Below, piece after piece: positions 10,215 through 22,152 of a stretch of DNA of 64,000 nucleotides. The stretch's first letter is position 1; each line of letters opens with the position of its first letter. Below the pieces are notes generated by a model. That model saw only the letters and a program-made list of their open reading frames with translations, did no database searches and was not told the DNA's origin. Source of the DNA: an uncultured Verrucomicrobiae bacterium (lineage in GTDB: Bacteria; Verrucomicrobiota; Verrucomicrobiia; Palsa-1439); the NCBI GenBank assembly GCA_963812605.1, contig CAWEWF010000008.1, forward strand, positions 128,001 to 192,000, read 5' to 3'. The position numbers and the translations under genes are program-made.

Positions 10215-12939
10215 ATGAATCGGATGATGACCCGCTATTCGCTGTTGCTGATCGGTCTTTCGTGGACGCTTGCGCATAGTACTCCTTGTCCCGGACAAGG
10301 TCATGTCGTTCTCGACGGAACACTGGGCAGCAGCGGACCGTTATCAGGCCCCAATTTCAACATCACCTCGGGACTCGGCAAGACCGTCGGCAATAATCTC
10401 TTCCAAAGTTTCAGCCAGTTCAATCTGGTCAATGGTGACGTGGCCACTTTTTCCGGGCCGGCCAACATCCAGAACATCCTGGCGAGGGTGACGGGCGGCA
10501 GTCCTTCTTCGATCGATGGGATAGTCCAATCGAGCATCCAGGGGGCCAATCTGTTTTTCATCAATCCATTCGGGGTGCTGTTCGGATCGCATGCCCTGGT
10601 GAATGTCAGCGGCTCATTCGCGGTGACCTCGGCGAGTTACCTCAAGCTGGCCGATGGCGGCAGATTTGACGCGGCCAATCCAGCCAACGACGTGCTCACG
10701 GCCGCCCCCGTCAGCGCCTTTGGATTCTCCAGCCTGCCGGGAACCATTTCTTTTGACCAAAGCACGCTGGCCGTGCCCGATGGGCAAAGCTTTTCCGTGG
10801 TCGGCGGGGACATCACGATGAATGGGGCGACGATTCGAGCGCCGGGTGGCCGCGTCAACCTCGTCAGCGTCAAGTCCGCCGGAGAACTGGCGCTGGATGT
10901 GACGGACTTCACGGCCCTCCCTAACACGGGGGCTTTCAGCGCCCTGGGCCAGATTACCGTGCAGAATGCCGGTGCTGTTCAAAGTACGGTTGATGCGAGT
11001 GGAGATGGCGGCGGCCAGGTGGTGATTCGTGGCGGAACGCTGGTGGTGCAAAACTCCGTGATCGCAGCCAATACCCTGGGGGAATCCGCTGGGAAAGGCA
11101 TCGACATCAACGTGACAGGCGACTTGATCGTGTCGGGAGGGGCAATTGCCACGGACACCTCCGGCTCTGGAAATGGAGGCGCGCTGAACGTCACCGCCGG
11201 TTCGATAACCCTGAACGCCGCAGGTAATAGCGTCTCGGGGATTCTCTCCGACACCGAAGCGGGCGCAAGCGGAAACGGTGGGACCGTCAGCATTACGACC
11301 CCGACCCTCGATATACTGAATGGGGCGCGAGTCTCGGCGGCGACGGGCGGCATGGGCAACGGCGGCAACGTAACGGTCAATGCCAGCACGATTAATCTCA
11401 ACGGGGGAAACGCGCAGGGGTTCGGCTCCTCGATCACCGGAATCTCTGTCAGCAGCTTGAATGACCCCGGCGGCAATGCCGGTAGCATCGTCATTCAACC
11501 GTTGAGCGGAGGAGCGCTCAGCCTGAAGGTCGTCAATGGCGCGCAGGTGGCCGCGGAGACGGACGGCAGCGGGGCGGGTGGCAGTATCAATATCGTCGCC
11601 GACTCCATTCAATTGGACGGACAGACATCCTTCCAGCTCACGGGAATTGAAGCGATGACCTTTGGCGCAGGCCAGGGTGGCGACATCCAGATTCAAACCC
11701 GCGCGCTGACACTGGCGAATGGCTCGGTACTCAGCACGGCCACCTTCGGCAACGGAGGCGGCGGTGACATCACCGTAAATGCCAACACGATCACCGTCCA
11801 AACTTCTTCCTCGATCAACGCGCAGACGTTTGGGCTGGGGCCGGAGGAAATATCGATCTTACCGCGACAACCTCGCTCATCCTGGACGGCCAACAGGCAA
11901 ACGGGTCGCCCGGATTCGCTGAGATCGCGGCGAGCAACCCCTTCGGCGTGGAAGGAAATGCCCCGCCGGAAACATCACCATCACCACACCGTTGTTGGAG
12001 GTGTTGAACGGTGCGGATATCTCGGCTTCCGCCGACGGACCCAGCCCCGGGGGTAACATCACCATCAAAGCGGGGGCGGTGACTCTCGATAACGGTGCTT
12101 CCATCTCCTGCTCGAGCGTCAGCGCACCGGCCGGCGGCATTACCATTACCGCCATGCAGACCATTCAGCTCGGTGGCGCGAGCGTTATCAGCGTATCGGC
12201 TGCCGACAGCGACGCGGGCGACATCACTGCGTCTGCGGGCGGGGATATCCGCGTGACCGACAGCCAAATCACTGCCACAGCGTCTCAGAATGGCGGCAAC
12301 ATCACCCTGAATTCGCTGTCTTTGATTTACCTGCGCAACAGCCAAATTGATGCCTCCGCGGGTAATAACGGCGGCAACGTCACGCTGGACCCACTGTCGG
12401 TAGTCTTGAACAACAGCACGATCACGACAAGCGCGGGAGGGGGAATCGGCGGCAATATCACCGTGCAGACTGCGCATCTCGTCGATCTTCTTGACAGCGC
12501 CTTGAAGGCTGAATCCACGAGCGGAAACGGCGGCAACATTACGGTTGGTCCGCCAAATGGCGAAGGCGCCGCCACGGTTGGTCGGCCAGTTGTGGCCTTG
12601 AATCAGAGCGATGTCTCAGCCAATGCCCCGGAGGGACAAGGTGGGAACATCACATTCGTTACAAGGGGTTTCCTTCGATCAGGAGGCACCATTACGGCAA
12701 CGGGGTCGAAGAATGGCACGGTTACGATCCAGTCACCCAATGTTGATTTGACGGGAATTGTGGCTCCTTTGCCCGGATCGCTGTTGGACGCCGAGGCGCA
12801 GCTTCAACCTTACTGCGAAATGAAACTGACTGGTAACGTCAGCAGTTTCCTGGTGCGCGGCAAAGGCGGAGTGGCCCTGGAGCCGTCGGGAGCGTCGCCA
12901 AGTTTCGAATTGCCGCCTTCCGATAATGAAACCCGATAG
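10215..12939 (+). CDS. Filamentous haemagglutinin N-terminal (TPS) domain exoprotein, TpsA type (frameshifts near 11845 and 11965)
   Basis: Signal peptide, then TPS motifs NLFQSFSQFNL, NILARVTGG..S.IDG and ANLFFINPFGVLFG; G.GG.I.I beta-helix repeats; C-terminal YC..SSFLVRGKGG typical of cyanobacterial-type TpsA. ORFs 10014..12056 and 11992..12939 joined. Confidence 0.85.
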
Positions 12940-15353
12940 AAGAATCCCGGTCGCAGTCGCAAAGGCGCTTTGGGGCAACTTCAGAATGATGATGCAGACC
13001 GCCGGGCTGGTTTCGAACTTCCGTCCTTGGCGCTTTTGTCCCAGGCGAATGTCTGTCGCGCTCCTGGCCGTCGCCCTGTTGCCTCTGGGGATTTGCCGGG
13101 GGAGTGACTCTGCCGGGGGCAATAATAATATGGAGCTGGGGCGGAAAGAAACCGCAGAAGGGATTGGGGCCTTTGATAAAGGCGCTTTCGAGGAGGCGAT
13201 CTCTCATTGGGAAAAGGCCATACGGTTCTATCAAGCGCGACATGACAACCCGGGCCTGATCGATTCCCAAGTTCGTCTGGCCGCTGCCTACGAGGCCATC
13301 GGGCAATTCAGCGAGGCGATCAAACTCCTGGGTGACGCGGCGAATCTCGCCGCCAGTATCGGTGACCGGAAACGCATTATTCTGGCCAAGACCAACCTTG
13401 GAGAAGCGCGGTCGTACACGCGCCGTGCTGATCTCGCCGAGGCCGACTTGCGTGAAGCCCTTGCCTTGGCGCTCAAGGATGAAGACCCGAAAGCCGCCAG
13501 TTCCATTTACAACAGCCTGGGCAATCTGTTGGTTGCGGAGGGCAAGTTTGGGGATGCCCTGGAGGCTTATCGCGAGGGAGCTTCGATGGCACGGCAGATA
13601 CACGATCGACTGCTGGCTGCCAAAGCGCTCAGCAACGCCGCTGCCATGACGACACGCACGGGCACACCGGCCGATGGCACAAGCCTGAATGATTCCGCGA
13701 TGGAAGAGGCCCATCAAGCTCCCGACGGCCACGAAAAGGCTTCTGTCATGATCATCTGCGGACAGACGTACGGACAGTTGCTGGGGCGCGAGCCGGGCTC
13801 GCATGACACACTCTTTGCCGCCGCCACAAACGCCTACGACCAAGCTTTCCAGATCGCCCAGAAGATCGGCGACAAGCGCGCCGCTTCCTACGCCCTGGGA
13901 GGGCTGGGAGGAATTTATACGCAAGATTTACGCTATGCCGAAGCTCTGGAGCCGACGCGCCAGGCCGCCTTTCTTGCCCAGGAGACACAAAACACCGAGG
14001 CGCTCTACCGCTGGGAGTGGCAGACCGGTCGCCTGTTCAGAGCGCTCAATCAGCCCGTCGAGGCCATCGCCGCCTACCGGCGCGCGGTCCAGTCCCTGCA
14101 ATTGATTCGGAATGATCTTTTCCTCACCTATGCGAACCGTCCCGTGCTGGGGTCATTTCGAGATGCGGTCGGCCCGGTGTACTATCGAGCTGGCTGATTT
14201 GTTGTTGCGGCAGACGGATACCCTGACGAATCCGAAACAGATCCAGCAGAATTTGCGGGATGCGCGGGACATCGTCGAGCAACTCAAATCCGCTGAGTTG
14301 GAAGATTACTTTCGTGATGAATGCGTCAATCTCGCCAAGCAGACACGTGTCGAGGACGTTTCCCCGGACGCTGCGGTCATCTATGTCATCCCGTTGATGG
14401 ACCGCACGGAGGTGTTGCTGGGGTTCTCCACAGGACTGGAACGCTTTAAAGTCCCCGTTGGATCCGAGGAATTGACAGCCGAAGTGCAGCAATTCCGTAA
14501 GAACCTTGAAAAACGCACGACGTACGAATATCTGGAACAGTCGCGGAAACTCTATGATTGGCTGATTCGCCCCATCAAGGACGAACTCATACGCCGTCAC
14601 GTTCAAACGCTTGTTTTCATACCGGATGGAGCCCTCCAAACAATCTCCTTTGCCGCACTTCAAGATGGCGAAAGGTTTTTAATTGAGGACTTTTCCGTGG
14701 CCGTAACCCCGGGTCTGACCCTGACCGCGCCGCGATCGGCGCGCCGAGGAGGCCAACAAATGTTGCTCGCGGGTTTGTCCCAAGCGGTGCAGGGATTCCC
14801 TCCCCTGGACTATGTGCCGATCGAACTTGAACATTTGCGGCTTCTATATCCGGGCCAGGAGTTGTTCAACAAAGATTTCCTGAATGCGGCGTTGGAGAAG
14901 GATTTTGGGGAGCGGCAGTATTCGATCGTTCACATCGCCTCCCACGGTCAATTTGAACACGATGTCACCAATACCTTCGTTTTGACGTATAAAGGTACAC
15001 TCAACCTCGATGGGCTGGAGCGCCTGATTCGCCCGAGCCAATTCCGCAGCGAGCCGGTCGAACTCCTGACCCTGAGCGCCTGCCAGACGGCAGCCGGGGA
15101 TGACCGCGCCGCTCTTGGCCTGGCCGGGGTGGCGGTCAAGGCCGGCGCCCGCAGTGCGCTCGCGACCCTCTGGTTCGTGAACGACCAGGCCAGCACGTCG
15201 CTGATGTCGGAGTTTTACTCTCAGTTGGCCGGCGATCAGTCAATTTCAAAGGCGCGGGCACTGCAATTGGCGCAACAGAAAATGCTCGCGGATCGGCGGT
15301 ATCACCACCCGTGCTACTGGGCGCCTTACTTATTGATTGGGAACTGGCTGTGA
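12926..15353 (+). CDS. TPR-CHAT domain protein, caspase-like protease (frameshift near 14187; true start probably near 13049)
   Basis: Hydrophobic signal MSVALLAVALLPLG; TPR repeats; CHAT motifs LVFIPDG.L, HIASHG (His), LTLSACQTA.GD (Cys), ATLWFVND, HPCYWAPY.LIGNWL. Confidence 0.9.
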
Positions 15354-17322
15354 AACCGGTGGGCGCGGTGTGAAGCCGAGGCCGAAACGGCTGTGGCCGG
15401 CGTGGTGCGTTAGCTTATTGATCACCGGCATGATTTTCGCCGTGGTGGTGGGCCTGCGACGCATCGGATGTATCCAGCGCTTGGAATTCTTTGCATATGA
15501 CTTTTTCGTCAGGGAGCAAGCTCCGTCGATGTCCAAGGATCCTCGGATCGTGCTCGTTTGTATCGACGAGGCTGATATCCAGACAACGAACCTTGACCTT
15601 GACTATCCCGTTCCCGACGAAACCTTGGCGCAACTGCTGGAAAAAATCGAGGCGCAACGCCCGCGAGTGATTGGACTCGATATCTACCGAGACAAGCCGG
15701 TGGCGTCCTGTGCGGAGGGCCAGAACCTCTCCTGTGACGAGCAACATCAACTCCTAAATCAGGTTCTGCTCTCAAACGCCAATATCATCTGCATTTTCCG
15801 AATACCGGATCCGAACGATCTTGAGGGAGTGAAACCTCCGCCGGTGATCGCCGACCAACCGGATCGAATCGCGTTCAACGATCTGCCCAACGATGGCAAC
15901 GAAGTCCGGCGCAGCTTGGTGGCCCAATCCGTCGGGACCACCCAATTCTTATCATTGGCTTGGAGTGCGGCCATTCAATATATTGAGCAAGAGGACAGTA
16001 ATCATCTGTTCGAGCCAGATCCGGCCCATCCAGGGCGATCGCGACCGGTATTGCGCTTTCTCGAACACAATGACGGCCCGTATGTGAACCTCGATGCAGC
16101 AGGAGAACAATTTCTGATGGATTTTCGTGGGCCACGCACGTTTCAAACCATTTCAGGGACGGAGCTTATCCGAGAAAGATTGCCGACTAATACATTTAGC
16201 GACAAGGTTGTACTCGTTGGAATGACCGCTCACAGCGTGAAAGACGACTTGTACACGCCTTTAAAGCGACCACTCCGTGGCATAGAGATTCACGCCCAAG
16301 TAATCAATCAGTTGCTCCGGATTGCTCTGAACGGCGACCGCCAGCTTGCGTTCTGGGCCGATTGGCAGAAGGACGCCTGGACTCTGCTCTGGTGTTTGGT
16401 TGGAGGGGCTGTCGGGTATGCCGTTCGTTCTCCGTGGCGTTCCTCCGGGCTGCTTGGCGCCGCGTTGGTTGTTCTGGGTGGTTTGGCCTGGTGGGCGTTT
16501 TCCGTGGGATGGTGGATTCCCGTTGCCACCCCTGCGATCGCTTGCATTGCCACCGCCGTTTCCGTCAATTGGTATATTTCCTATCAGGAAAAGATGCAAC
16601 GGCAAATGATCATGCAGTTGTTTTCCAAACAAGTGTCTCGCGAGGTTGCCGAGACGATCTGGGCGCAGCGCAACGAATTCTTGGAAGGCGGACGCCCGCG
16701 GGCGCAGCAGCTCAAGGCCACGGTGCTCTACACGGATTTGGAGGGCTATTCGTCCTTGGCCGAGTCCCTCGAGCCGGCTGTGGTAATGGATTGGTTGAAC
16801 GAATACATGGGCATGATGGCCGAGGCGGTGATTGGCCATCACGGTGTGATCGACAAATTTATCGGGGACGCAGTCATGGCACTGTTTGGAGTTCCATTGG
16901 CACGCAAGACTGACGGAGAGGTCAAAGAGGATGCCGTCAATGCGGTCCGCTGCGCGCTGGCAATGGAACAGGGTTTGGCTCGACTCAACACCGTGTGGGC
17001 GGGACAGCGTCTGCCGACCTGCAGAATGCGAGTCGGAATCCACACGGGCCATTTGGTGGCTGGCAGTGTGGGCGGCACGGAGCGTATGGAGTATACTGTG
17101 ATCGGAGATACGGTCAACACGGCTTCCCGTTTGGAAAGCTTCGACAAGGACCGTCGTGAACCGGATCTTGCGGGTCGCTGTTGTCGGGTATTGATTGGCG
17201 AGAGCACGCGGGATCTTGCGGGAGATCAATTTGAGACAAGGCGTGTTGGACAGGCCAAGCTGAAGGGTAAAGACCAAGAGGTGACCATCTATCTGGTGTT
17301 GAAAGAGATCTCTCAAACGTGA
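15337..17322 (+). CDS. CHASE2-domain class III adenylate cyclase
   Basis: N-terminal TM; CHASE2 motifs DPRIVLVCIDE, PRVIGLDIYRD, GIEIHAQ; three TMs; cyclase motifs YTDLEGYS, DKFIGDAV and EYTVIGDTVNTASRLE, with Lys/Thr specificity residues indicating ATP. Start may be a slightly downstream GTG. Confidence 0.92.
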   Translation: MGTGCETGGRGVKPRPKRLWPAWCVSLLITGMIFAVVVGLRRIGCIQRLEFFAYDFFVREQAPSMSKDPRIVLVCIDEADIQTTNLDLDYPVPDETLAQLLEKIEAQRPRVIGLDIYRDKPVASCAEGQNLSCDEQHQLLNQVLLSNANIICIFRIPDPNDLEGVKPPPVIADQPDRIAFNDLPNDGNEVRRSLVAQSVGTTQFLSLAWSAAIQYIEQEDSNHLFEPDPAHPGRSRPVLRFLEHNDGPYVNLDAAGEQFLMDFRGPRTFQTISGTELIRERLPTNTFSDKVVLVGMTAHSVKDDLYTPLKRPLRGIEIHAQVINQLLRIALNGDRQLAFWADWQKDAWTLLWCLVGGAVGYAVRSPWRSSGLLGAALVVLGGLAWWAFSVGWWIPVATPAIACIATAVSVNWYISYQEKMQRQMIMQLFSKQVSREVAETIWAQRNEFLEGGRPRAQQLKATVLYTDLEGYSSLAESLEPAVVMDWLNEYMGMMAEAVIGHHGVIDKFIGDAVMALFGVPLARKTDGEVKEDAVNAVRCALAMEQGLARLNTVWAGQRLPTCRMRVGIHTGHLVAGSVGGTERMEYTVIGDTVNTASRLESFDKDRREPDLAGRCCRVLIGESTRDLAGDQFETRRVGQAKLKGKDQEVTIYLVLKEISQT

Positions 17323-17334
17323 GGTGGAAAAATT

Positions 17335-18156
17335 ATGACACGCAGTTTTTTTAAAGTTTTGTTTGCGGCCTTGGGATTGAGCCTGCTGTTCGTCGTGGCG
17401 CTCCGATCACAAGAGGCCGCGCCGCCCGCACCCGTCGAGAAGCCCAAGGAGGCGCCAACGTCTCCACCGCCTTCCACCACCGAGAAACCGAAAGAAGGGA
17501 CGAAGACACAACCCGCTCCAACCGTCAAACCGAAGATTCTTTACCAACTTCCTCCGCGAGGGACACCAGTTGCCAGACTTGACGGTGGCTCCCGCGGCAA
17601 TGGCATTTCCCTGATTTGTCTGACCGCTCTGGTTCCCGACAGTACCGCCTTGACGGTTCTGGAACAACCGTCCTTGTTCTGGTATCAATCGCGGGCTGCC
17701 GACGTTCCGTTGGAGTTGACCATCCTGATCGACAACACGATTCAGCCATTACTTCAAGTCCAGCTGCCCGACGCCCGCAAGGCAGGAATTCAGCGGCTGA
17801 ATTTGGCGGACCATAACGTCAAGCTTGCTACCGGCGTTGAATATGAATGGGTAGTGGCGCTCGTGGTCGATTCTGAAAACCGATCAAAGGATGTCATCGC
17901 CAGCGGGTGGATCAAGCGGGTTGACCCCTCCCCATCGCTGAGATCGCAACTGGATAATGCCGCGAGGGAGAATTTGCCGTTTGTCTACGCCGGGGGAGGC
18001 ATCTGGCTGGACACGTTGACGGCGATATCCGACCTGATTGAGACGCGACCGAAGGACAGATCGTTGCGGGAAGGGCGCGCCACGTTGCTGGCGCAAGTGG
18101 GTTTAACCAATGCCGCCGTATATGTCACCTCGCAAGGCGCAATCGATGGAGAATGA
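17335..18156 (+). CDS. DUF928 domain periplasmic protein
   Basis: Signal peptide; Pro-rich linker; motifs GGSRG, LTVLEQPSLFWY, YEWVVAL, GWIKRV, GIWLDTL, LLAQVGL. Confidence 0.85.
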   Translation: MTRSFFKVLFAALGLSLLFVVALRSQEAAPPAPVEKPKEAPTSPPPSTTEKPKEGTKTQPAPTVKPKILYQLPPRGTPVARLDGGSRGNGISLICLTALVPDSTALTVLEQPSLFWYQSRAADVPLELTILIDNTIQPLLQVQLPDARKAGIQRLNLADHNVKLATGVEYEWVVALVVDSENRSKDVIASGWIKRVDPSPSLRSQLDNAARENLPFVYAGGGIWLDTLTAISDLIETRPKDRSLREGRATLLAQVGLTNAAVYVTSQGAIDGE

Positions 18157-18189
18157 GCACGGACCAAAATCCGGCTGAATTGAATCCGC

Positions 18190-20014
18190 TTAGAAGGCCT
18201 CGTAGCTCACTTTAAAATAGATGCCCAGGTCCTGCGCATCATCATTGGGAGTGGTGACCCTGTGGAGTCGGTAGCCCCAATACAGCTGCGCGTTCAGGTG
18301 CCGATTCGGGCTGATCAACAGCCCCATCCCGGCACTGAAAATCGTGGTTGGGTCCGGTGTATGTTCATCCAGGTTCCTCGCCGCGCCGAAATCGAAAAAA
18401 GGGGCCAACTGCACGACGGGAGTTCCCGTCCTGTCGAAAAGTACCGGCAAGTGGAGTTCGGCGGAACTAAAGACCCCTTCGTCTCGGACAATCTGGTTCT
18501 CCCGATAACCTCGGACGCTGTCGGCGCCACCCAAAGTGAATTGCTCCAGCGATAACAACGGTCGGTCTGTCAATTGAACATCGGTGCGCAAGATCAACTG
18601 GTTGGGGGTGCCAAAGAGACGGCGCACATAGTGGGCCTGGCCAAGCCACGCAAAGAAGTTTGCGTTCCGATCAGTGCCGTTATCCGTTACGTCGAACGCA
18701 TCGAGTCCCACGCTGAACGTGGAGCGCAAGGCCAGCACTTGTTCCTGACTGCGGTCAGTCCATTCCTGAATAATGCGCAGGGCCGAGATTTCGGTGACGC
18801 CATTGGTGGAGCCGGGAGAGATATCGAACGGGACCCCCAACAAGAAAGTCTTGCTGTACTCCCGTTCAAAGGAGACGGCAAGCGCCAGTTCCCGATTTGC
18901 CGTTTGGTAGATGGGCTGGCGAAGTGTCGCGCCAGCACGATACGACTCACTGGTAACGTCCAGAGGATTGAATGGTTCCTCAATCACCGCATAATCGTTC
19001 TTGTTACCGTAGATCCGAAGCGTCGTATCATAGGGGGTTAACGGAATCCGGTAGGAGGCCGAAACGTTGTTAAAGTCCGAGAATTTGTAGCCAGGGTTCC
19101 CTCCCTCGGCGATGCCGTAGGAAACCTCCAGGGGGTCAGCGTGCCCCGTGAGATTGATGTCCCGCGCGATGAGCAGAATCTCGTCGGAGCCGACACTTGG
19201 AGGACGGTCGTTGTCCACTTGAAGCCCGACTCGAAATGGCTGCTCGTCTCTCACATGAACGTCCAGCACACTTTTCCCCGGCATAACGTCAGGCCGGAGA
19301 CTCCGCGTTGATTTGGGTGATGTTCGGATCCTGCCGCAATAGTTGCAGCCCCTCCTTCAAATCGTCGGTATTCAGCGGGGTGCCGGCCCATCTCTCGACT
19401 CGGCCCCTAATGTAGCTATCGCGGAGCCATTTGTTTTCCGTCGTAATGTTGGTGGCGGAGATCACGCCTTCGATAATCTGCATGGTGACGACCCCATCTC
19501 GAGGATCCTGGTCCGGCAAAACAGCCCCGGAATTGATATAGCCGTGGCTGACGTAATATTCCGTCACGGCGCGGCGGGCCTCCTCCAATTCCTGGCTCGT
19601 GATTTGCCGCCCGACGTACGCCGCCGTGACTTTCGCGAGTTGCTGCGAGGAGAATACCTTGTTCCCTTGAAACCGGAATTCACGCACGTAGAGGCGAGGC
19701 ATCGAGGAAAGCTTGCTCTGCTCGACCGGAAGCCGCAAGGGCGGAGCAACCAATTCTTGCCCCTTCACGGGGATCGCCAGCAGGACCAGCGCACAGAAGA
19801 CAAGCCACTGCGGCTTGTCAAAAGAGGCACCGATCACCCGGCTTCCTGGGAGAGCCGCCAGACCAGCGGTGAAGACAGTCTCAGGTCGCTCGATTGTGCG
19901 GCCCGCTTGATCCGTTTTCGCCATGCGCATAGAACCAGTGTTCGTGCCAGTCAAACCGACTGCGCCTCTCCGCTTGGAAATCGGCTGATTAATAGCCCAA
20001 ACCGCCCCTAACAC
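18190..20014 (-). CDS. ShlB/FhaC/HecB (TpsB) outer-membrane transporter (frameshift near 19290; start uncertain)
   Basis: POTRA motifs FRFQGNKVFS and TEYYVSHGYINSGA..PDQ..IIEG; barrel motifs EQFTLGGADSVRGYREN and LAPFFDFG; terminal YEAF. ORFs 19289..20014 and 18190..19284 joined. Confidence 0.9.
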
Positions 20015-20098
20015 AAGAACTTTCTCAGTGCGGCGACAGATGGATTTTGAGGATTGAATTAAGAGCCAATTTTGGTGATTCTACCTCACGGCTGACTC

Positions 20099-20966
20099 AT
20101 GGCAAAAAAAAGCGACGGAGACACGGCACTCCCCACCGGTGCGCCCGCAGAAACATTGAGTTTCATTACAGCGCTCTTCTTGACTCACTTCCCGGAGCGC
20201 AACACCGCATTTCTCACCGAGGCATTCAACCAGGTCCGGAATGCATTTGACGGCACCTATCCGGGTTACCAGGGCTGCGACACGGCCTACCACGACTTGG
20301 CCCATACCTGTCAAGCCGCGGTCGCGGCAGTACGCATTCTCGATGGGCACTGCAAGAGCGGCCAACCGCCCGTCCTGACATCCCGCGACTATGAACTGAG
20401 TGTTGCCGGGATGCTGCTGCATGACATCGGATTTCTAAAGGAAGTCGGCGACAACCTGGGCACTGGCGCCAAGTACACTCTCACTCACGTCGATCGCGGC
20501 GCGGACTTCGCGGCGAAATTCCTTCCCTCTTTGGGAGCGACACGGGACGAAATCCGTCAGGTGCAATTGTTGATTCGCAGTACCGCCATGAACGTGGACA
20601 TGAGCAAGCTTCCGTTCCGCGATCCACGAGAACGATTCATTGGATGCGCCGTTGGCTCCGCTGATCTTCTGGGGCAAATGGCGGCCCTGGACTACCCGGA
20701 ACGTCTGCCGAAGCTTTACCGCGAGTTCGCAGAGGCCGGCATGTTCTCACATCTGGCCAAAGGCGGATTGGCCTCATGCCAAAGCGCCGAAGATCTGTTG
20801 CGGGACACCCGGGATTTTTATCGCGGATACGCGCGACGCATGCTCGATCACGAGTGGGACGGTGTTTACCAATTGCTGAAATATCATTTCCCAGACGGTC
20901 GCAACCATTATGTGGAAGCGATCAGACGCCAATCTGGATCGGATCGATCAACTTTTGGGGAAATAA
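20099..20966 (+). CDS. HD-domain metal-dependent phosphohydrolase (possible cyclic-nucleotide phosphodiesterase)
   Basis: Motifs YHDLAHT, LLHDIGF, HVDRG, SADLLGQMA. Removing one base near 20924 gives ...EAIDANLDRIDQLLGK and a stop at 20966. Confidence 0.75.
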
Positions 20967-20983
20967 CGGAGGGGCGTGGAGGT

Positions 20984-22122
20984 TTACCTGGCCGACCCAG
21001 ATTGACCCAGCCGTCGTTCAAAAGATCGAACCGTTTCTGAGAATTGCCCGGGGGTTGAAATCGGGCACCGATTGGACAAGGCTGAAGAGCCGGTCCAAAT
21101 CCGTGCGCGAGGCCCGGACCTCTGGACCGAGCGAGTCAACCAGTCTGTCGAGGGCGAGCACCAGGCGTTCGGCTCGGCAGGCCTGGACCTCACCCGGAAT
21201 GTCCTCAGCGGCAAACACCGGCCCGGTTGCGGCAAGCCGCGCCAGCATCAGGCGGGAACGCGCCGCCGACCACTCGATGGCAGTGGCGCGTTTGGCAAAC
21301 TCGTCGGACAGTGTCTGGGCTTGCGTTGCGTTCTCGGGTGTTGGCTCCAGTTTAAGTGACGACAGTGGTGGCAGAGTGGGGTCGTCGTCGGCCTGCTGCA
21401 GCACCCAGAGCACGGAACTCCAACGGGCCTTCAGGCGTGCGGTGGGCTGCGGGTCGCGGGCGAGTTGCCAGCTCAGTTCACGCAAGGCGACGGCCTGGCC
21501 GACAAGCCAGGTCTGCGCACCCGACCAGTTTGGGGCTTCGCGCCAGTGTTTGGGCTCGGTGACGCATTGGCCGTCGAGCTCGAAAATCAATTCGGGATGC
21601 CCGGCGCGCAGAAGATCGGCCCCAACATTTTGATGGCAGGCGATACAAGTATTGGCGCGTACGTACAGGTTCTTCAGATCGCGCATCCCGGCGGCGACAC
21701 GGTCGGCATGCGAGTAATCGGGGCGCGTATGGGAGCGCAGCCAGAATTCGCCCGCGCCGTGGCAGGATTCACAGGATACGCCATTGGTTACGTCGGTGGA
21801 TAGTGCCCGATTCAGCTTAAGCAGGGTTTGAAAGGGCGTATGGCAGACGGTGCAGCGCTCGTTTTGCGTGGGAATCTTCGATTCTCAGCGCATCAGCGAT
21901 ACGCTGGGATCGGGCAATGGTTAGTGTCGCATAGGAGCGCGAGTGAAAGTCCTTCTTGGACCAAACCTGGAATTGATCGCGATTGGCCTTGGCGCTGCCG
22001 TGACAGCCCGCGGTGCTGCAATTCTGCGAACCGAGAAATTGCGGCGATGGTGGCGTTTCGGCGCGGGCGATATGACAAAAGACCAGCGCCGTAACAAACG
22101 CGGTTAGGGATTTACTCCGCAC
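20984..22122 (-). CDS. Periplasmic tetraheme cytochrome c, c554/c552-like (frameshifted)
   Basis: Signal peptide; heme motifs CSTAGCH (CX4CH), CTVCH, CESCH and CIACH recovered across frames of ORFs 21817..22158 and 21018..21686; AGHPELIFEL motif; helical C-terminal domain. Confidence 0.8.
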
Positions 22123-22152
22123 CTCGGTTGTGTTAAACGAAGCACGCTGGAA

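Noticed and set aside
11970-11990. His-tag-like KHHHHHT in ORF 10014..12056
   Set aside because: Out-of-frame reading of NITITT in the frameshifted TpsA repeat.
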